Source: a bacterium (GTDB lineage: Bacteria > Eisenbacteria > RBG-16-71-46). From it: DNA of 61,742 bases. A program made the translations under genes and the position numbers. Of the stretch, positions 28,690-38,501 are shown in pieces; positions within the stretch are counted from its first letter, which is position 1, and each line of letters starts with the position of its first letter. Location: positions 1 through 61,742 of the forward strand of contig JBJTRI010000083.1 in assembly GCA_046076045.1 (NCBI GenBank), read 5' to 3'. The notes beneath the pieces were generated by a model. The model saw nothing but the letters and a program-made list of their open reading frames with translations. It had not been told where the DNA came from and made no database searches.

Positions 28690-30738
28690 TCAGGCGTTCG
28701 CGCGCACCTCGTGGTGCAGCGGGTGCTCGATCTCCTCGACCCACGCGCGCAGCAGGTCGGCCGCGCCGCGCACCGACAGCTCCGCGGGCGGGTGCTCGCC
28801 GCGCACGCGCGACCACGAGCGACCGCCGAACGCGTGCGCCGCCCAGTCGTCGAGCGCGGCGTGCACGCGCGCCTCGACCTCGGGCAGGCGACCGTGGGCG
28901 CGCAGCGAGGCGGCCGCCCACACGCCCAGCCACGCCGGGTCGGGCGCGCCGGGGCCGGCGTGCGTGCGCAGTCCGCGCGGGTCCCACAGCTCGCGCGTCA
29001 CCGTGCCGACGAGTCGGATCGCGTGGTCGGGCGCGAGCAGCATGGGCGGCAGCGCGACCGCGTGCAGCTGCTCGGGGGTCACGCCGCGCACCGCGCCGGT
29101 GTGGCCGTACTCGGGGTGCAGGCAGCCCGCGGCCTCGTCCCAGAACCGGTCGCCGTAGGCGCGTTGCAGCTCGCGCGCCCAAGCCAACTGGAACGCGGCG
29201 TTCTCGCGCCGCCCGACGCGCTTGGCGAGCTGCGACAACGCCACGAGGGCGTGGTACCAGAGCGCGTTGAGGTCGGCGCGACAGCGCGCCGCGAGTCCCT
29301 CGCCCGCCCACAGGAAGCCTTCGCGGTCGCAGCGCACGCCGTGCCGCGAGCCTGCGCGCAGGTGCTGCGCGACGCCGTCGATCACGCGCCACGCGCCGTC
29401 GTGCAGGAACGCCCGCGTCTCCTCGGACTCGCCGTCGCGGCGCACGAGCAGGTCCACGGCGCGCACCAACCACAGCGACGACTCCGGGCTCGCGTAGTGC
29501 GGCATGCCCTGCGGGTCGAACCACTCCGGGGCGAGCCCCTCGTCGACGTACGCGAGGTAGCCGCGCAGCACGTCGCGCGCGAGTGCGAACTCGCGAACGG
29601 TGATGAGGGACGCCGCCACGCGCAGCGCGTCGGGTCCGTACTCGATCCCCAGCACGGGGTCGGTGACGATCGCGGTGCGGTCGGCGCGCTCGACCACCGC
29701 GTCGTGCAGCCGCGCGGCGAGGTGGCTCACCACGCGCACGTCGGTGGCGTCGAGTTCGGTGGCCGCCGCCTGCTCGCGCGCCTCGGGTGCGGCGTGCGCC
29801 TGCGCGGCCTGGCGCGCGGTGTGCGAGGCGCCGGTCACCGCGCTGGCGTTGCGGCTCGCGCGCCGGTCGTGCGCGTCGAGGTCGAGCACGCGCACGCAGT
29901 CGGCGAGCGTTCGGGCCGGCGGCGTGCCGAGCCGGTGCTCGCTCGCGAGCGCGCGGAACAGACCCTCCTCGCACGAGGCGACGAGGTGCAGTTCGCGCTG
30001 CTCGGGGCCCAGCGTGGTGCGCACCCAGCCGGGCAGGAACGCGTCCTCGGCGTCCACCGAGGCGGCCGCGTCGGGCGCGGCCGGGTCGAGGTGCTCGTGC
30101 GGGTGCGCCAGACCGCGCTGCCAGGTCCGCGCCGGCATGAACACGCCGCCGTACCAGAGCGTGAGCGGGGCGGCGCCGTCGCGCGTGACGGTGCGCACGC
30201 GGCCGGGCACGGCCTGCACCACGCCGCGGAAGTCGTTCGTCGCGCGCTGCAGCTCGCGCGGGCCGCGGTCCACCAGCAGCGGCGCGACGTGCAGGCGGAC
30301 GGGTGTGCCCTCGAGCCATCGCCAGGTCGCGACGAGCGCAGCGTGCCCCTCGATCATGCGGAACTCGCGCTCGATCCCCCAGCCGTCGCCGCGCCAGCGC
30401 CAGCGCGGCCACGGGTCGTCGTCGAACGACTCGAGCAGCGCGGCCGGGTAGCCGCGTGCGCCCAGCGCCACGGGGCCGTCGCCGCGGGCCGCGGCCGTGA
30501 ACGTCGGGGTGAGCTCGATCGGCGCGCCGCCGTAGGGGACGAGGCGGTCGTCGAACCGCAGCAGGGACACGGCGAGCGGGCCATCGTCGGGGCCGGGGGC
30601 CGCGAGCAGCACGTGGTCGCGGCGCGTGGCCGCGCCCGAGACGGTGCCGCGCGCCAGCGCGCCACGGCGGTCCACGAGCTGCCACGTCCGGGTGCTGCGC
30701 TCGAGCAGGTCCACGAGGACTTCCTGTCCGTCCGCCAT
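28690..30738 (-). CDS. Glycogen-debranching-enzyme-like (amylo-alpha-1,6-glucosidase) protein, strongly degenerate
   Basis: W...D..G..A.GTVSGAATRRDH.LL (GDE_N-like); GLAPEWF, SLWLV, GSRHGVRCD..G, DLNALWYHAL, ELWDPRGLRT (GDE_C-like). Confidence 0.75.
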   Translation of the reverse strand: MADGQEVLVDLLERSTRTWQLVDRRGALARGTVSGAATRRDHVLLAAPGPDDGPLAVSLLRFDDRLVPYGGAPIELTPTFTAAARGDGPVALGARGYPAALLESFDDDPWPRWRWRGDGWGIEREFRMIEGHAALVATWRWLEGTPVRLHVAPLLVDRGPRELQRATNDFRGVVQAVPGRVRTVTRDGAAPLTLWYGGVFMPARTWQRGLAHPHEHLDPAAPDAAASVDAEDAFLPGWVRTTLGPEQRELHLVASCEEGLFRALASEHRLGTPPARTLADCVRVLDLDAHDRRASRNASAVTGASHTARQAAQAHAAPEAREQAAATELDATDVRVVSHLAARLHDAVVERADRTAIVTDPVLGIEYGPDALRVAASLITVREFALARDVLRGYLAYVDEGLAPEWFDPQGMPHYASPESSLWLVRAVDLLVRRDGESEETRAFLHDGAWRVIDGVAQHLRAGSRHGVRCDREGFLWAGEGLAARCRADLNALWYHALVALSQLAKRVGRRENAAFQLAWARELQRAYGDRFWDEAAGCLHPEYGHTGAVRGVTPEQLHAVALPPMLLAPDHAIRLVGTVTRELWDPRGLRTHAGPGAPDPAWLGVWAAASLRAHGRLPEVEARVHAALDDWAAHAFGGRSWSRVRGEHPPAELSVRGAADLLRAWVEEIEHPLHHEVRANA

Positions 30739-30827
30739 TCCGCGAGCATAAGCGGGATTGTGGGTGGGACGCCACACCGGACCCATCGTGGGGGCCTCGC
30801 GATGGGACCGCTCGCGGGACGAGGTTC

Positions 30828-32015
30828 TCAGTCCGGGTTGCCCGGTCGCCGGATCACGGTGGTGAGCGCGACGAGTTCGGCGCCCTCAAGTCGCTTGGCC
30901 GAGAACGCGCGGTCGAGCCACGGCGCGGAGTTCGGCGTCACGCGCAGCAGCACGATGGCGTGGCCGCGGTCGTGCGCCATGGTGACCGCGTCCTTCCACG
31001 CCGCGTCGAGCTTCTTGGCGTCCGCGCTCTCGGCGACGCCGTCGATCGTGAGGTCCGGCAGGTCGTAGGCCGCACCCACGCGCGAGGCGAGCGACTTGCA
31101 GACCGAGCGCGGCACGGGGTTCACGTGCAGGAACGGCAGCCGCGCCTGGCGCAGCTCGCGGTAGACCGCGGTCATGAACTTCTCGTCGCGCGTCGCGAAC
31201 TGGCCCATGAGGTTGGCCACCGCCACCACCGGCGCGGCACGGTCGAGCTCGCGCCGCAGACCCTGCTCGATGCGGCCGTCCGTCATCTCGACCGTGAGCG
31301 TGGCGGGCCCGGGGTTGTTGCGCGGGTAGTTGTCGGGCTCCATCGGCATGTAGAGCACGAGCTCGCGCTTGTGCTCGTGCGCGGCGCGCACCACCGGTTG
31401 CCGCCCGGTCCCGGCGGGTGCGGCCAGCACGGCGAACGTCTCGGAGCGGCGGCAGGCGGCCACGAGCAGCGACTCGTGCTCGGTCGAGGCGAACAGCACG
31501 AGCGCGAGCCGGCCCGGCGGGCGCTCCGCGTCGTCGTCGCGCAGCGCGGCGCGTTCGATCACCACCTCGTGCGTGGGGCGGCCGCGCGCGCCGACCAGCA
31601 GCGTCACGGTGAGCGTGCCCTTGGCGCCCGCGTCCTCGCGGCCCGACAGCACCTCGGCGCCGCCGCTCTCGACGGCGCGCGTCACCTCGTGGTTCACGCG
31701 CAGCGGCGAGGCACCCTCGGGCAGGCGCACGCGCCAGCGCAGCGCGGGGCCCTCGCCCTCGAGCACGGTGGACTCGAGGGTGCCCTTGGCCAGCCCGGCG
31801 TTCTCGAGCCCGCTCTCGATGCGCTTGCCGATCAGGCGCACCGCGTGCGCGCGGTCGCCGACGTGCAGCCAGCGCCACACCGTGACGCGACCGTGATCCG
31901 AGGCGAACCACATCACGCCCTCGCCCACGAGGAACAACCCGAGGACGGAGGCGACCGCGATCCCGATCAGCAGTGCGGACGGGATCGATCTCTTCGAGGA
32001 GCGTCGTTTGACCAT
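30828..32015 (-). CDS. Divergent polysaccharide deacetylase (YibQ-like) family protein, degenerate, N-terminal TM
   Basis: ELVLYMPMEP.NYP..NPGP..L, ANLMG..AT.D..FM, G.AIV; C-terminal ELVALT. Confidence 0.75.
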   Translation of the reverse strand: MVKRRSSKRSIPSALLIGIAVASVLGLFLVGEGVMWFASDHGRVTVWRWLHVGDRAHAVRLIGKRIESGLENAGLAKGTLESTVLEGEGPALRWRVRLPEGASPLRVNHEVTRAVESGGAEVLSGREDAGAKGTLTVTLLVGARGRPTHEVVIERAALRDDDAERPPGRLALVLFASTEHESLLVAACRRSETFAVLAAPAGTGRQPVVRAAHEHKRELVLYMPMEPDNYPRNNPGPATLTVEMTDGRIEQGLRRELDRAAPVVAVANLMGQFATRDEKFMTAVYRELRQARLPFLHVNPVPRSVCKSLASRVGAAYDLPDLTIDGVAESADAKKLDAAWKDAVTMAHDRGHAIVLLRVTPNSAPWLDRAFSAKRLEGAELVALTTVIRRPGNPD

Positions 32016-32602
32016 GAGGGCGGCGCGACGGTAGCCGGAACGGCCGCGGTGGGGAAGCCCGGGGCGCGGGCGGTGGGTGGGTCCGCTGCGACGGCACCGT
32101 CCACGCCTTCGGGCTCTGGTCGCCGTCGGCCCGCCCGAGCGGTGTCCCGGCACGGGACGGTACGGCGCCCGCGATTCCCACGGCACACGGCCCGGTCCGG
32201 TCCGCCACGCCGGAATCGCGCTCTCGACGTGCCGCTATCGCGCCCTGTCGGGTTCGCCAAGTGGGTTCAGGTCGTCGCCGTGGCGGTGTCGCCCGCCGCG
32301 CTCCGCCTGGCCCGCCACGCCGGTTCGGGTTCTCGGGTAGGCCTTGCGGCCCGCCGGCACCCGGTTCGCCCCCTCGAGGTGGCCATGCCGGTCGGCCCTG
32401 CACCAGCCCTCTCCATATAGGTGCCCGTGCGGAACGCACCGCCGCCACCCGCCCCGGCCGCCGGATTTTTGCAGCCGCGTGACACCGCCCGCGTTTCCGG
32501 GTGTCAGGCTCACCTACGCAGGACGATATTGGATGGGGGGCCTCGCCGTCCCCTGTCGCCCCCGCAGCTCGTCACGGTTCACCTACCGGGAGGTCGTTCC
32601 CC

Positions 32603-33457
32603 ATGAAGTCGCTGCGTCTCCCCATGCTCGTGATGGTCGCCCTGATGGCGACGGTGTCCGCGTCCTTCGCCTGTCCGTCGTCCAAGACCGCGACCACCGC
32701 CGACGCGAAGGGTGCGAGTGTCGCGCCGGCCGTGGCCAGCAAGGGTTCGGTGCCCGCGGTGCCCGCGAGCGGCGGCTGCTCGGCCGAGGCGATCCGCGTG
32801 AAGGGTGCGTCGGCGTCGGGCCACGGCTGCTCGGCCGAGATGGCCGCACAGTGCACGCCGGCCATGCGCGAGGCGTGCGCCAAGAACCCCAAGGTGGCGG
32901 CTGCGATGGGCTGCGACCCGAGCGGCAAGGGCACCACGGTGACCGCGGCGGCGCAGGGCTCGAAGGGCTCGGGCGTCAAGGTGGCGGCGGCCTCGTCGGG
33001 TGACCACTGCGGCATGAAGGGCGCGTCGGCGAAGGGTGCCACCGCGGGCGGCAAGGAGTGCTCGGCGCACGCGAACGCCGCGGCGCACGACTGCTCGCCG
33101 TGTGCGGACTGGGTGGGCTGCGAGAAGGACGTGCGCGCGCTCAAGGCCAAGTCGCAGGTCGTCGCGCTCAAGAACGGCGTCATGGTCGTGTACACGGCGG
33201 ATCGCGCTGCGGACGTGCGTTCGCTGCAGTCCGCGGTCGCCAAGCGCCACGAGCGCATGGCTGCGGCGCTCTCGAGCACCGACACCAAGAAGCTGTGCGA
33301 CGATTGCCGGACGATGCGCGGCGCGATGGCGAGCGGTCGTCTCACCCGGGAGATCGTGAACGTGGAGAGCGGCTGCATGACGCTCATCACGTCCGAGGAC
33401 AAGAGCATCGTGCGCATGATCCGCACCATGACGGGCCAGCCGGTCGCGATGCGCTGA
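32603..33457 (+). CDS. Secreted Cys-rich hypothetical protein
   Basis: GGAGG RBS; signal peptide; 14 Cys including two CxxC; Ala/Ser/Lys low-complexity N-half; codon usage matches real genes. Confidence 0.8.
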   Translation: MKSLRLPMLVMVALMATVSASFACPSSKTATTADAKGASVAPAVASKGSVPAVPASGGCSAEAIRVKGASASGHGCSAEMAAQCTPAMREACAKNPKVAAAMGCDPSGKGTTVTAAAQGSKGSGVKVAAASSGDHCGMKGASAKGATAGGKECSAHANAAAHDCSPCADWVGCEKDVRALKAKSQVVALKNGVMVVYTADRAADVRSLQSAVAKRHERMAAALSSTDTKKLCDDCRTMRGAMASGRLTREIVNVESGCMTLITSEDKSIVRMIRTMTGQPVAMR

Positions 33458-33476
33458 GCTCGGCCATGTGTGGTTT

Positions 33477-33515
33477 CGAGGGGCCGCCGCTCACCGCGAC
33501 GGCCCCTCGCTCTTT
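33477..33515 (+). terminator. Rho-independent terminator candidate after the Cys-rich gene
   Basis: Stem CGAGGGGCCG/CGGCCCCTCG followed by CTCTTT. Confidence 0.65.
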
Positions 33516-33568
33516 GCGGCCGCGTCCGGGGCTTGGCGCGCCGCCCCCCACAACCTAGGGTGGTGCCC

Positions 33569-35125
33569 ATGCCGATCCCCCGCCCGTCGTTCCTGCCGCG
33601 CTCCCGCCAGCTCCGGCTCGTCCTGCTCATCCTGGCCGTCGCGCTGCCCGCGCTGGTGCTGGCGGTGACCGGCGTGCTGCTCACCCTGCGCATCGGCCAT
33701 CAGGTCGAGGTCGACGCCCGCCGCTACCACCAGTACGTGGCGGAGCTCGTGGCCGAGGTCTTCGAGCGCGAGCTGGTGGACCAGGTGCGCGACTCCATCG
33801 CCTCGGCCGAGACCGCCGCGCGCGAGACCGGCGACCTCGAGGCCGTGCGCCGCGCGCTCGCGACGCGCGTCCGACTGTACGAGGCTCCGTACGTCATCCC
33901 GTTCGAGGAACTCAACGACGCGGCCGCGCGCCCGGTCGACGGCCGGTTGCTGTTGTACGGCGAGGACCCGAGCGGTCGGCGGCATCACCCGTACGCGGTC
34001 ATGCTGCTCAACGGCCCGGATGGCGTCACGCTCTGTGGCGCCGGGTACTGGTTCAACCCGCGGGCGTTCCTGTCCAGCACCCTCCGCGACGTGGTCGTCG
34101 AGCGCCTGCCGAAGCAGGCCGGCATGTACGGCACGATCAAGCTGTTGCGTGACCTCAGCATCTCGGTGGTGGACGACGATGGCCACGAGTTCGCGCGCAT
34201 GCGCGAGGGCGCGCTGCCCGAGGCGGCGGTCGAGCATCCCATGAAGGGCCCGTTCGAGGGCTATCGCGTGCGCGTCACCTCCACGCCGGGTTCGGCCGTC
34301 GAGGCGGCACGCCGACTGGTGTTCGTCGAGGTCGTGTTCATCGGCGTGCTCACGCTGGTTTTGTTGGGCGCGATCGCGGTGGGGGTGCGCTACATCGCGC
34401 GGCAGGTCGAGGTGCTCAACACCAAGACCAGCTTCGTCTCCAACGTGACGCACGAGCTCAAGACCCCGGTCTCGGTGATCAAGTTGGCGGTCGAGACGCT
34501 CGAGATGAATCGGTTCCGCGACGACCGGGAGCGCGAGAAGTACCTGCGCACAATCACGCGCGAGAGCGACCGTCTGGCCCAACTGGTGGACAACATCCTC
34601 GACTACTCGCGCCTCGAGGCCGGGCAGAAGCAGCTGCACAAGTCGCCGACCGACCTGCGCAACGTGGTGAACTCCGCCATGGACAGCTTCCGGCTGCGTC
34701 TCGACGATGCCGGTTTCAAGACCGAGGTCTGGCTGCCCGAGGCGCTGCCGCCGGTCATGGCCGACGAGCGCGCGCTCACCCACTGCCTGCTCAACCTGCT
34801 CGACAACGCGGTCAAGTACTCGCGCGACCGCCGCGAGGTGCGGGTCTCGGTGGGTTCGCGCGACGGCATGGTGACCCTGTCGGTGGCCGACCGCGGGATC
34901 GGTATCCCGCTGGAGGACCAGGAGCGGGTGTTCGAGAAGTTCGCCCGGGCCGAGACCGGGCTGGTCCACGATGTGAAGGGGGCCGGTCTGGGGCTGTCGC
35001 TTGTCCAGATGCTGGTTCGGGCGCATCATGGGCGCGTCGAACTGGTGAGTACGCCCGGCGAGGGGAGCACGTTCACCATCCTCCTGCCGGTGTGGGACGG
35101 TGGCCAGGGGGTCGTTCCGGCCTGA
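33569..35125 (+). CDS. Membrane sensor histidine kinase (HisKA/HATPase)
   Basis: Two TM around a periplasmic domain; H-box THELKTP, NLLDNAVKYS, DRGIGI, GAGLGL, GEGSTF. Confidence 0.95.
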   Translation: MPIPRPSFLPRSRQLRLVLLILAVALPALVLAVTGVLLTLRIGHQVEVDARRYHQYVAELVAEVFERELVDQVRDSIASAETAARETGDLEAVRRALATRVRLYEAPYVIPFEELNDAAARPVDGRLLLYGEDPSGRRHHPYAVMLLNGPDGVTLCGAGYWFNPRAFLSSTLRDVVVERLPKQAGMYGTIKLLRDLSISVVDDDGHEFARMREGALPEAAVEHPMKGPFEGYRVRVTSTPGSAVEAARRLVFVEVVFIGVLTLVLLGAIAVGVRYIARQVEVLNTKTSFVSNVTHELKTPVSVIKLAVETLEMNRFRDDREREKYLRTITRESDRLAQLVDNILDYSRLEAGQKQLHKSPTDLRNVVNSAMDSFRLRLDDAGFKTEVWLPEALPPVMADERALTHCLLNLLDNAVKYSRDRREVRVSVGSRDGMVTLSVADRGIGIPLEDQERVFEKFARAETGLVHDVKGAGLGLSLVQMLVRAHHGRVELVSTPGEGSTFTILLPVWDGGQGVVPA

Positions 35126-35192
35126 GGCACCGGGGTCGCGGCCGCGTCGAGCGGTCCGCGACGACGAGGGGCGTGAGCCCCGGGAGAGGACC

Positions 35193-35894
35193 ATGGAACG
35201 TAAGAGGATCCTGATCGTGGAGGACGAGCCCGGCCTCCTCGACATGCTCGCGGACAACTTCCGCATGGACGACTACGAGGTGATGACCGCCTCGAACGGC
35301 CAGGAGGGCCTGCGTCTCGCGCTCAAGCAGCGCCCCGACGCGGTGCTGCTCGACGTCATGTTGCCCGAGAAGGACGGGTTCACGGTCCTCAAGGAGCTGC
35401 GTCAGCGCCACAAGGACATCCCCGTGCTCGTCATGACGGCCCGCAACTTCGAGGCCGACGTGCTGAAGGGCTTCGACCTCGGCGCCGACGACTACGTGAC
35501 GAAGCCGTTCAGCCTCAAGGAGATGCTCGCGCGCGTGAAGCGCCTGGTCGCGCGTGGCCCGATCAACATCGGCACGCCGGTCCCGACCGTGTTCTCGTTC
35601 GGCGACGTCGAGGTGCGCTTCGAGGCCCGCGAGGTCCGCAAGGCCGGCCAGTTGGTCGCGCTCTCGTACAAGGAGTTCGAGCTGCTCAAGTACCTCATCG
35701 AGCACCGCGGCCGCACCGCGACGCGCGAGGAGCTGCTCGAGGAGATCTGGGGCGTGGACGAGGAGCTGGGCGTGACCACGCGCACCGTGGACACGCACGT
35801 CTCGAACCTGCGCAGCAAGCTCGGCAAGGGCTTCGAGTCGCCGTTCATCGTGGCGGTCCACAAGGTCGGCTACAAGTTCGTCGAGACGCCGTGA
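35193..35894 (+). CDS. OmpR/PhoB-family response regulator
   Basis: ILIVEDE, LLDVMLP, GADDYVTKPF, RTVDTHVSNLRSKL, VGYKF. Confidence 0.96.
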   Translation: MERKRILIVEDEPGLLDMLADNFRMDDYEVMTASNGQEGLRLALKQRPDAVLLDVMLPEKDGFTVLKELRQRHKDIPVLVMTARNFEADVLKGFDLGADDYVTKPFSLKEMLARVKRLVARGPINIGTPVPTVFSFGDVEVRFEAREVRKAGQLVALSYKEFELLKYLIEHRGRTATREELLEEIWGVDEELGVTTRTVDTHVSNLRSKLGKGFESPFIVAVHKVGYKFVETP

Positions 35895-36283
35895 CCCCTC
35901 GGTCGCGGACGGCCTCCTCTCGCACCCCGCGGGCGCTCGCGCTCGCGGGGTTCGCGTTGGCGCTCGCGCTCGGTTCGTGCGCGGGCGGCGAGGCGCCGCG
36001 CGTGCGCGTGACGAACACCTCGCGCACGGTGCTCGAGGGGGTGTGGGTGGTGGCGGGCGCGGACTCGGTGCGGGTGCCCGTGCTCGCGCCGGGTCGGACC
36101 GCCGACGTGCGCGTGCCGGTGCGCGGCCCGTCGCGCCTGCGGCTCGGCGGGAGCGCCCACGGCCGGGCGCTCGGGGCGCACGAGGCGCTGTACGTCGAGG
36201 GCTCGGGCGGCTACCGCTTCCGCGCGCTGGTGGACTCGAGCGGCGCGGTCACGCTGCGATTCGTGCGGCTCGCGTTGCGCTGA
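35891..36283 (+). CDS. Small hypothetical lipoprotein (beta-sandwich-like)
   Basis: GTGA overlap with the regulator stop; hydrophobic leader with LALGSC; VRVTNTS motif. Confidence 0.6.
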   Translation: MTPRSRTASSRTPRALALAGFALALALGSCAGGEAPRVRVTNTSRTVLEGVWVVAGADSVRVPVLAPGRTADVRVPVRGPSRLRLGGSAHGRALGAHEALYVEGSGGYRFRALVDSSGAVTLRFVRLALR

Positions 36284-36368
36284 GCCCGCCGGGTCCCCGG
36301 CCCCCATTCGAGGGTCCGGGTGTGCGCGCGACCGCTCCGCGACCGGGGTGCGAAGGGTGCGGGGACGA

Positions 36369-37298
36369 TCAGTCGTGCGCGCCGTGGTCGGCGGCCGCAC
36401 GCGCGAGGCGCGCGAATTCGTCGAGCGTGAGCGTCTCGCCGCGGCGGGTGAGCTGGATGCCGGCCTGCGCGCCCACGCGCTCGACGCGCTCGCGCGGCCA
36501 GTCGAGCGCGTTCTCGAGCGTGTTGAGCAGTTGCTTGCGGCGCTGCTGGAACGCCGCGCGGATGATGCGGAACAGCAGTCCCTCGGGGGCCTCGACCGGC
36601 GGGCGCTCGCGCAGGAAGAAGCGCACCAGCATGGAGTCCACGTCGGGCCGCGGCCAGAACGCGCCCGCGCGGATCGTCATGAGCGGGTCCATGAGCGCGT
36701 GGTAGCGCGCGAACAGCGTGAGCGAGCCGTACTCGGGCGTGCCGGGGGCGGCGGCCAGGCGTTCGGCGTACTCCTTCTGCACGAGCAGCACCGCGCTGCG
36801 CACCACGCGGCGGTGCGCGAACAGGTGCTCGAGGATGGGGGTGGTGATGTTGTAGGGGATGTTGCCCACCACCACGATGCGCTCCACGCCGTGCTCGGCG
36901 GCGACCGCGGTGAGGTCGAACTCGAGGAAGTCGCCCTCGACGAGCGTGAAGCGCGGCACGTCGGCCAGTTCCTCGCGCAGGAACCCCGCCAAGCCGGCGT
37001 CCTTCTCGACCGCGACGAGGTGGCGCACGCGGCGCACGAGGCGCAGCGTGAGCGCGCCCGCGCCGGGGCCGATCTCGACCACGACGTCGTCCTCGTGCAG
37101 GTGGGCGTGCTCGACGATGCGTTCGCACAGCTCCTCGCGCACGAGGAAGTTCTGCCCGAAGCGCCGCCGCGGCGACAGCCCGCGCAGCGTGAGCGCGTCC
37201 TTCACGCGCTGCAGCTCGCTGCCGCCGGACTCGCGGGCCGCGCGCTCGCGCACGTACTCGGAGGCGCGTGGTCGGCTCGGGTCGCGGGGCGGGTTCAT
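36369..37298 (-). CDS. rsmA: 16S rRNA m6,2A1518/1519 dimethyltransferase RsmA (KsgA)
   Basis: FGQNFL, VEIGPGAGALT, VGNIPYNIT, LVQKEYAERL, F.PRPDVDS, AFQQRRK, RGETLT. Confidence 0.96.
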   Translation of the reverse strand: MNPPRDPSRPRASEYVRERAARESGGSELQRVKDALTLRGLSPRRRFGQNFLVREELCERIVEHAHLHEDDVVVEIGPGAGALTLRLVRRVRHLVAVEKDAGLAGFLREELADVPRFTLVEGDFLEFDLTAVAAEHGVERIVVVGNIPYNITTPILEHLFAHRRVVRSAVLLVQKEYAERLAAAPGTPEYGSLTLFARYHALMDPLMTIRAGAFWPRPDVDSMLVRFFLRERPPVEAPEGLLFRIIRAAFQQRRKQLLNTLENALDWPRERVERVGAQAGIQLTRRGETLTLDEFARLARAAADHGAHD

Positions 37299-37347
37299 GC
37301 CGCGAGTGTCGGCCAGCGGCGCGGCCGCGGCAAACGCGGCCGCCGGG

Positions 37348-38418
37348 TCACGCGCGGGCGCGGTCCTCGCCGTGGTCGAGCGCCTCGCGGGCCATCTCGC
37401 GCGCATACGGGTCGGGTGAGCGCGCCGCGACCTCGCACAGCGCGTCCACGCCGTCGCCCCCGATCGCGGCGAGCGCGTAGGCCGCATGGCGACGCACCCA
37501 CCACGCGCGGTCGGTGAGCCGGTCGGCGAGCGCGTCCACCGCAGGCGAGGCCCCGAGTCGTCCGAGCGCCTGCGCGGCGATCGCGCGCACCGGCCATTGC
37601 GCATCGGTGAGCGCCATGAGCAGCGCGGGGGTGGACTCGGCCATGCCGAGCCGCCCGAGCGCGCGGGCGGCCGAGACGCGCACCTCGAGGTGCGGGCTCG
37701 ACAGCCGCTGGTCGAACGCGCCGCGCGCCGACCGACAGCGCGTGAGCCCCAGCGCGTCCACGCACGCGCACTCGAGTCGCGTGTCGGCGAGTCCGCGCTG
37801 GAGCGCGATGAGCAGCAGCGAACGGCCCGCGGGCCCGAACGCGCGCAGCATGCCGGAGAGCGCCGGGATGGGGCGGGCGCCGAGGGCCTGCGGATGCTCG
37901 AGCACCCAACGCAGCGCTCGCAGGTCGCGGTGACGCGCGAGCGCGCGCGCGGCCGCGAACGTCACCTGTGGCGGACCGCTCACCAGTGCGCGGCGCAGCG
38001 CCGTGCGCGAGCGCGCGTCGGGCAGCAGGCCGAGTCGCTGGGCCGCGCGTTCGCGCCGCTCGGGCGGTGCGGGCGACAGCAGCACGGTGCGCTCGCGCGC
38101 GAGGTGGGAGCTGCGCGCGAGTTCGCGGGCGAGCTCGCGGCGCTCGCGGGGGCGCAGGTGGGTGGCCATGGTCTCGACCGCGTCCCAGAACGGCTCGTGC
38201 TCGGTGCGGGCGGCGGCGCGGCGCAGGTCGCGCCCGGCGATGCGGCCCGCCAGCCGGGCCCCGAGCAGGCGGAAGAGTTCACCCGTACGCAACCGCCCGG
38301 CCTCGCGCCGGGCGCGGGCGAGCGCGCGCACCACCAGCACGACGAGCGCTATCGTCGCGAGCGGGACCGCGATCGAGAGCGCGAGGACGACCCAGAACGG
38401 GGTTTGGGACACGGCCAT
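37348..38418 (-). CDS. HEAT-repeat protein with N-terminal TM
   Basis: Repeats such as EVRVSAARALGRLG, WPVRAIAAQALGRLG, WWVRRHAAYAL. Confidence 0.85.
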   Translation of the reverse strand: MAVSQTPFWVVLALSIAVPLATIALVVLVVRALARARREAGRLRTGELFRLLGARLAGRIAGRDLRRAAARTEHEPFWDAVETMATHLRPRERRELARELARSSHLARERTVLLSPAPPERRERAAQRLGLLPDARSRTALRRALVSGPPQVTFAAARALARHRDLRALRWVLEHPQALGARPIPALSGMLRAFGPAGRSLLLIALQRGLADTRLECACVDALGLTRCRSARGAFDQRLSSPHLEVRVSAARALGRLGMAESTPALLMALTDAQWPVRAIAAQALGRLGASPAVDALADRLTDRAWWVRRHAAYALAAIGGDGVDALCEVAARSPDPYAREMAREALDHGEDRARA

Positions 38419-38501
38419 ATCCCTCATCATCGTCCGCCCCAGCGCCGACTTGATGGGTGATAACACCCGCCTTCACATGGGGTTCGGACGACGCCTAATC
38501 G

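Noticed and set aside
32200-32450. 6S RNA or riboswitch (SAM, glycine) in the long intergenic region
   Set aside because: Only isolated words resemble these families; I could not build the consensus structure, and the gene context does not fit
33569-35894. PhoR/PhoB assignment for the two-component pair
   Set aside because: About 30 kb from the pst operon; the kinase has a large periplasmic domain and no evident PAS domain; only generic OmpR-type motifs
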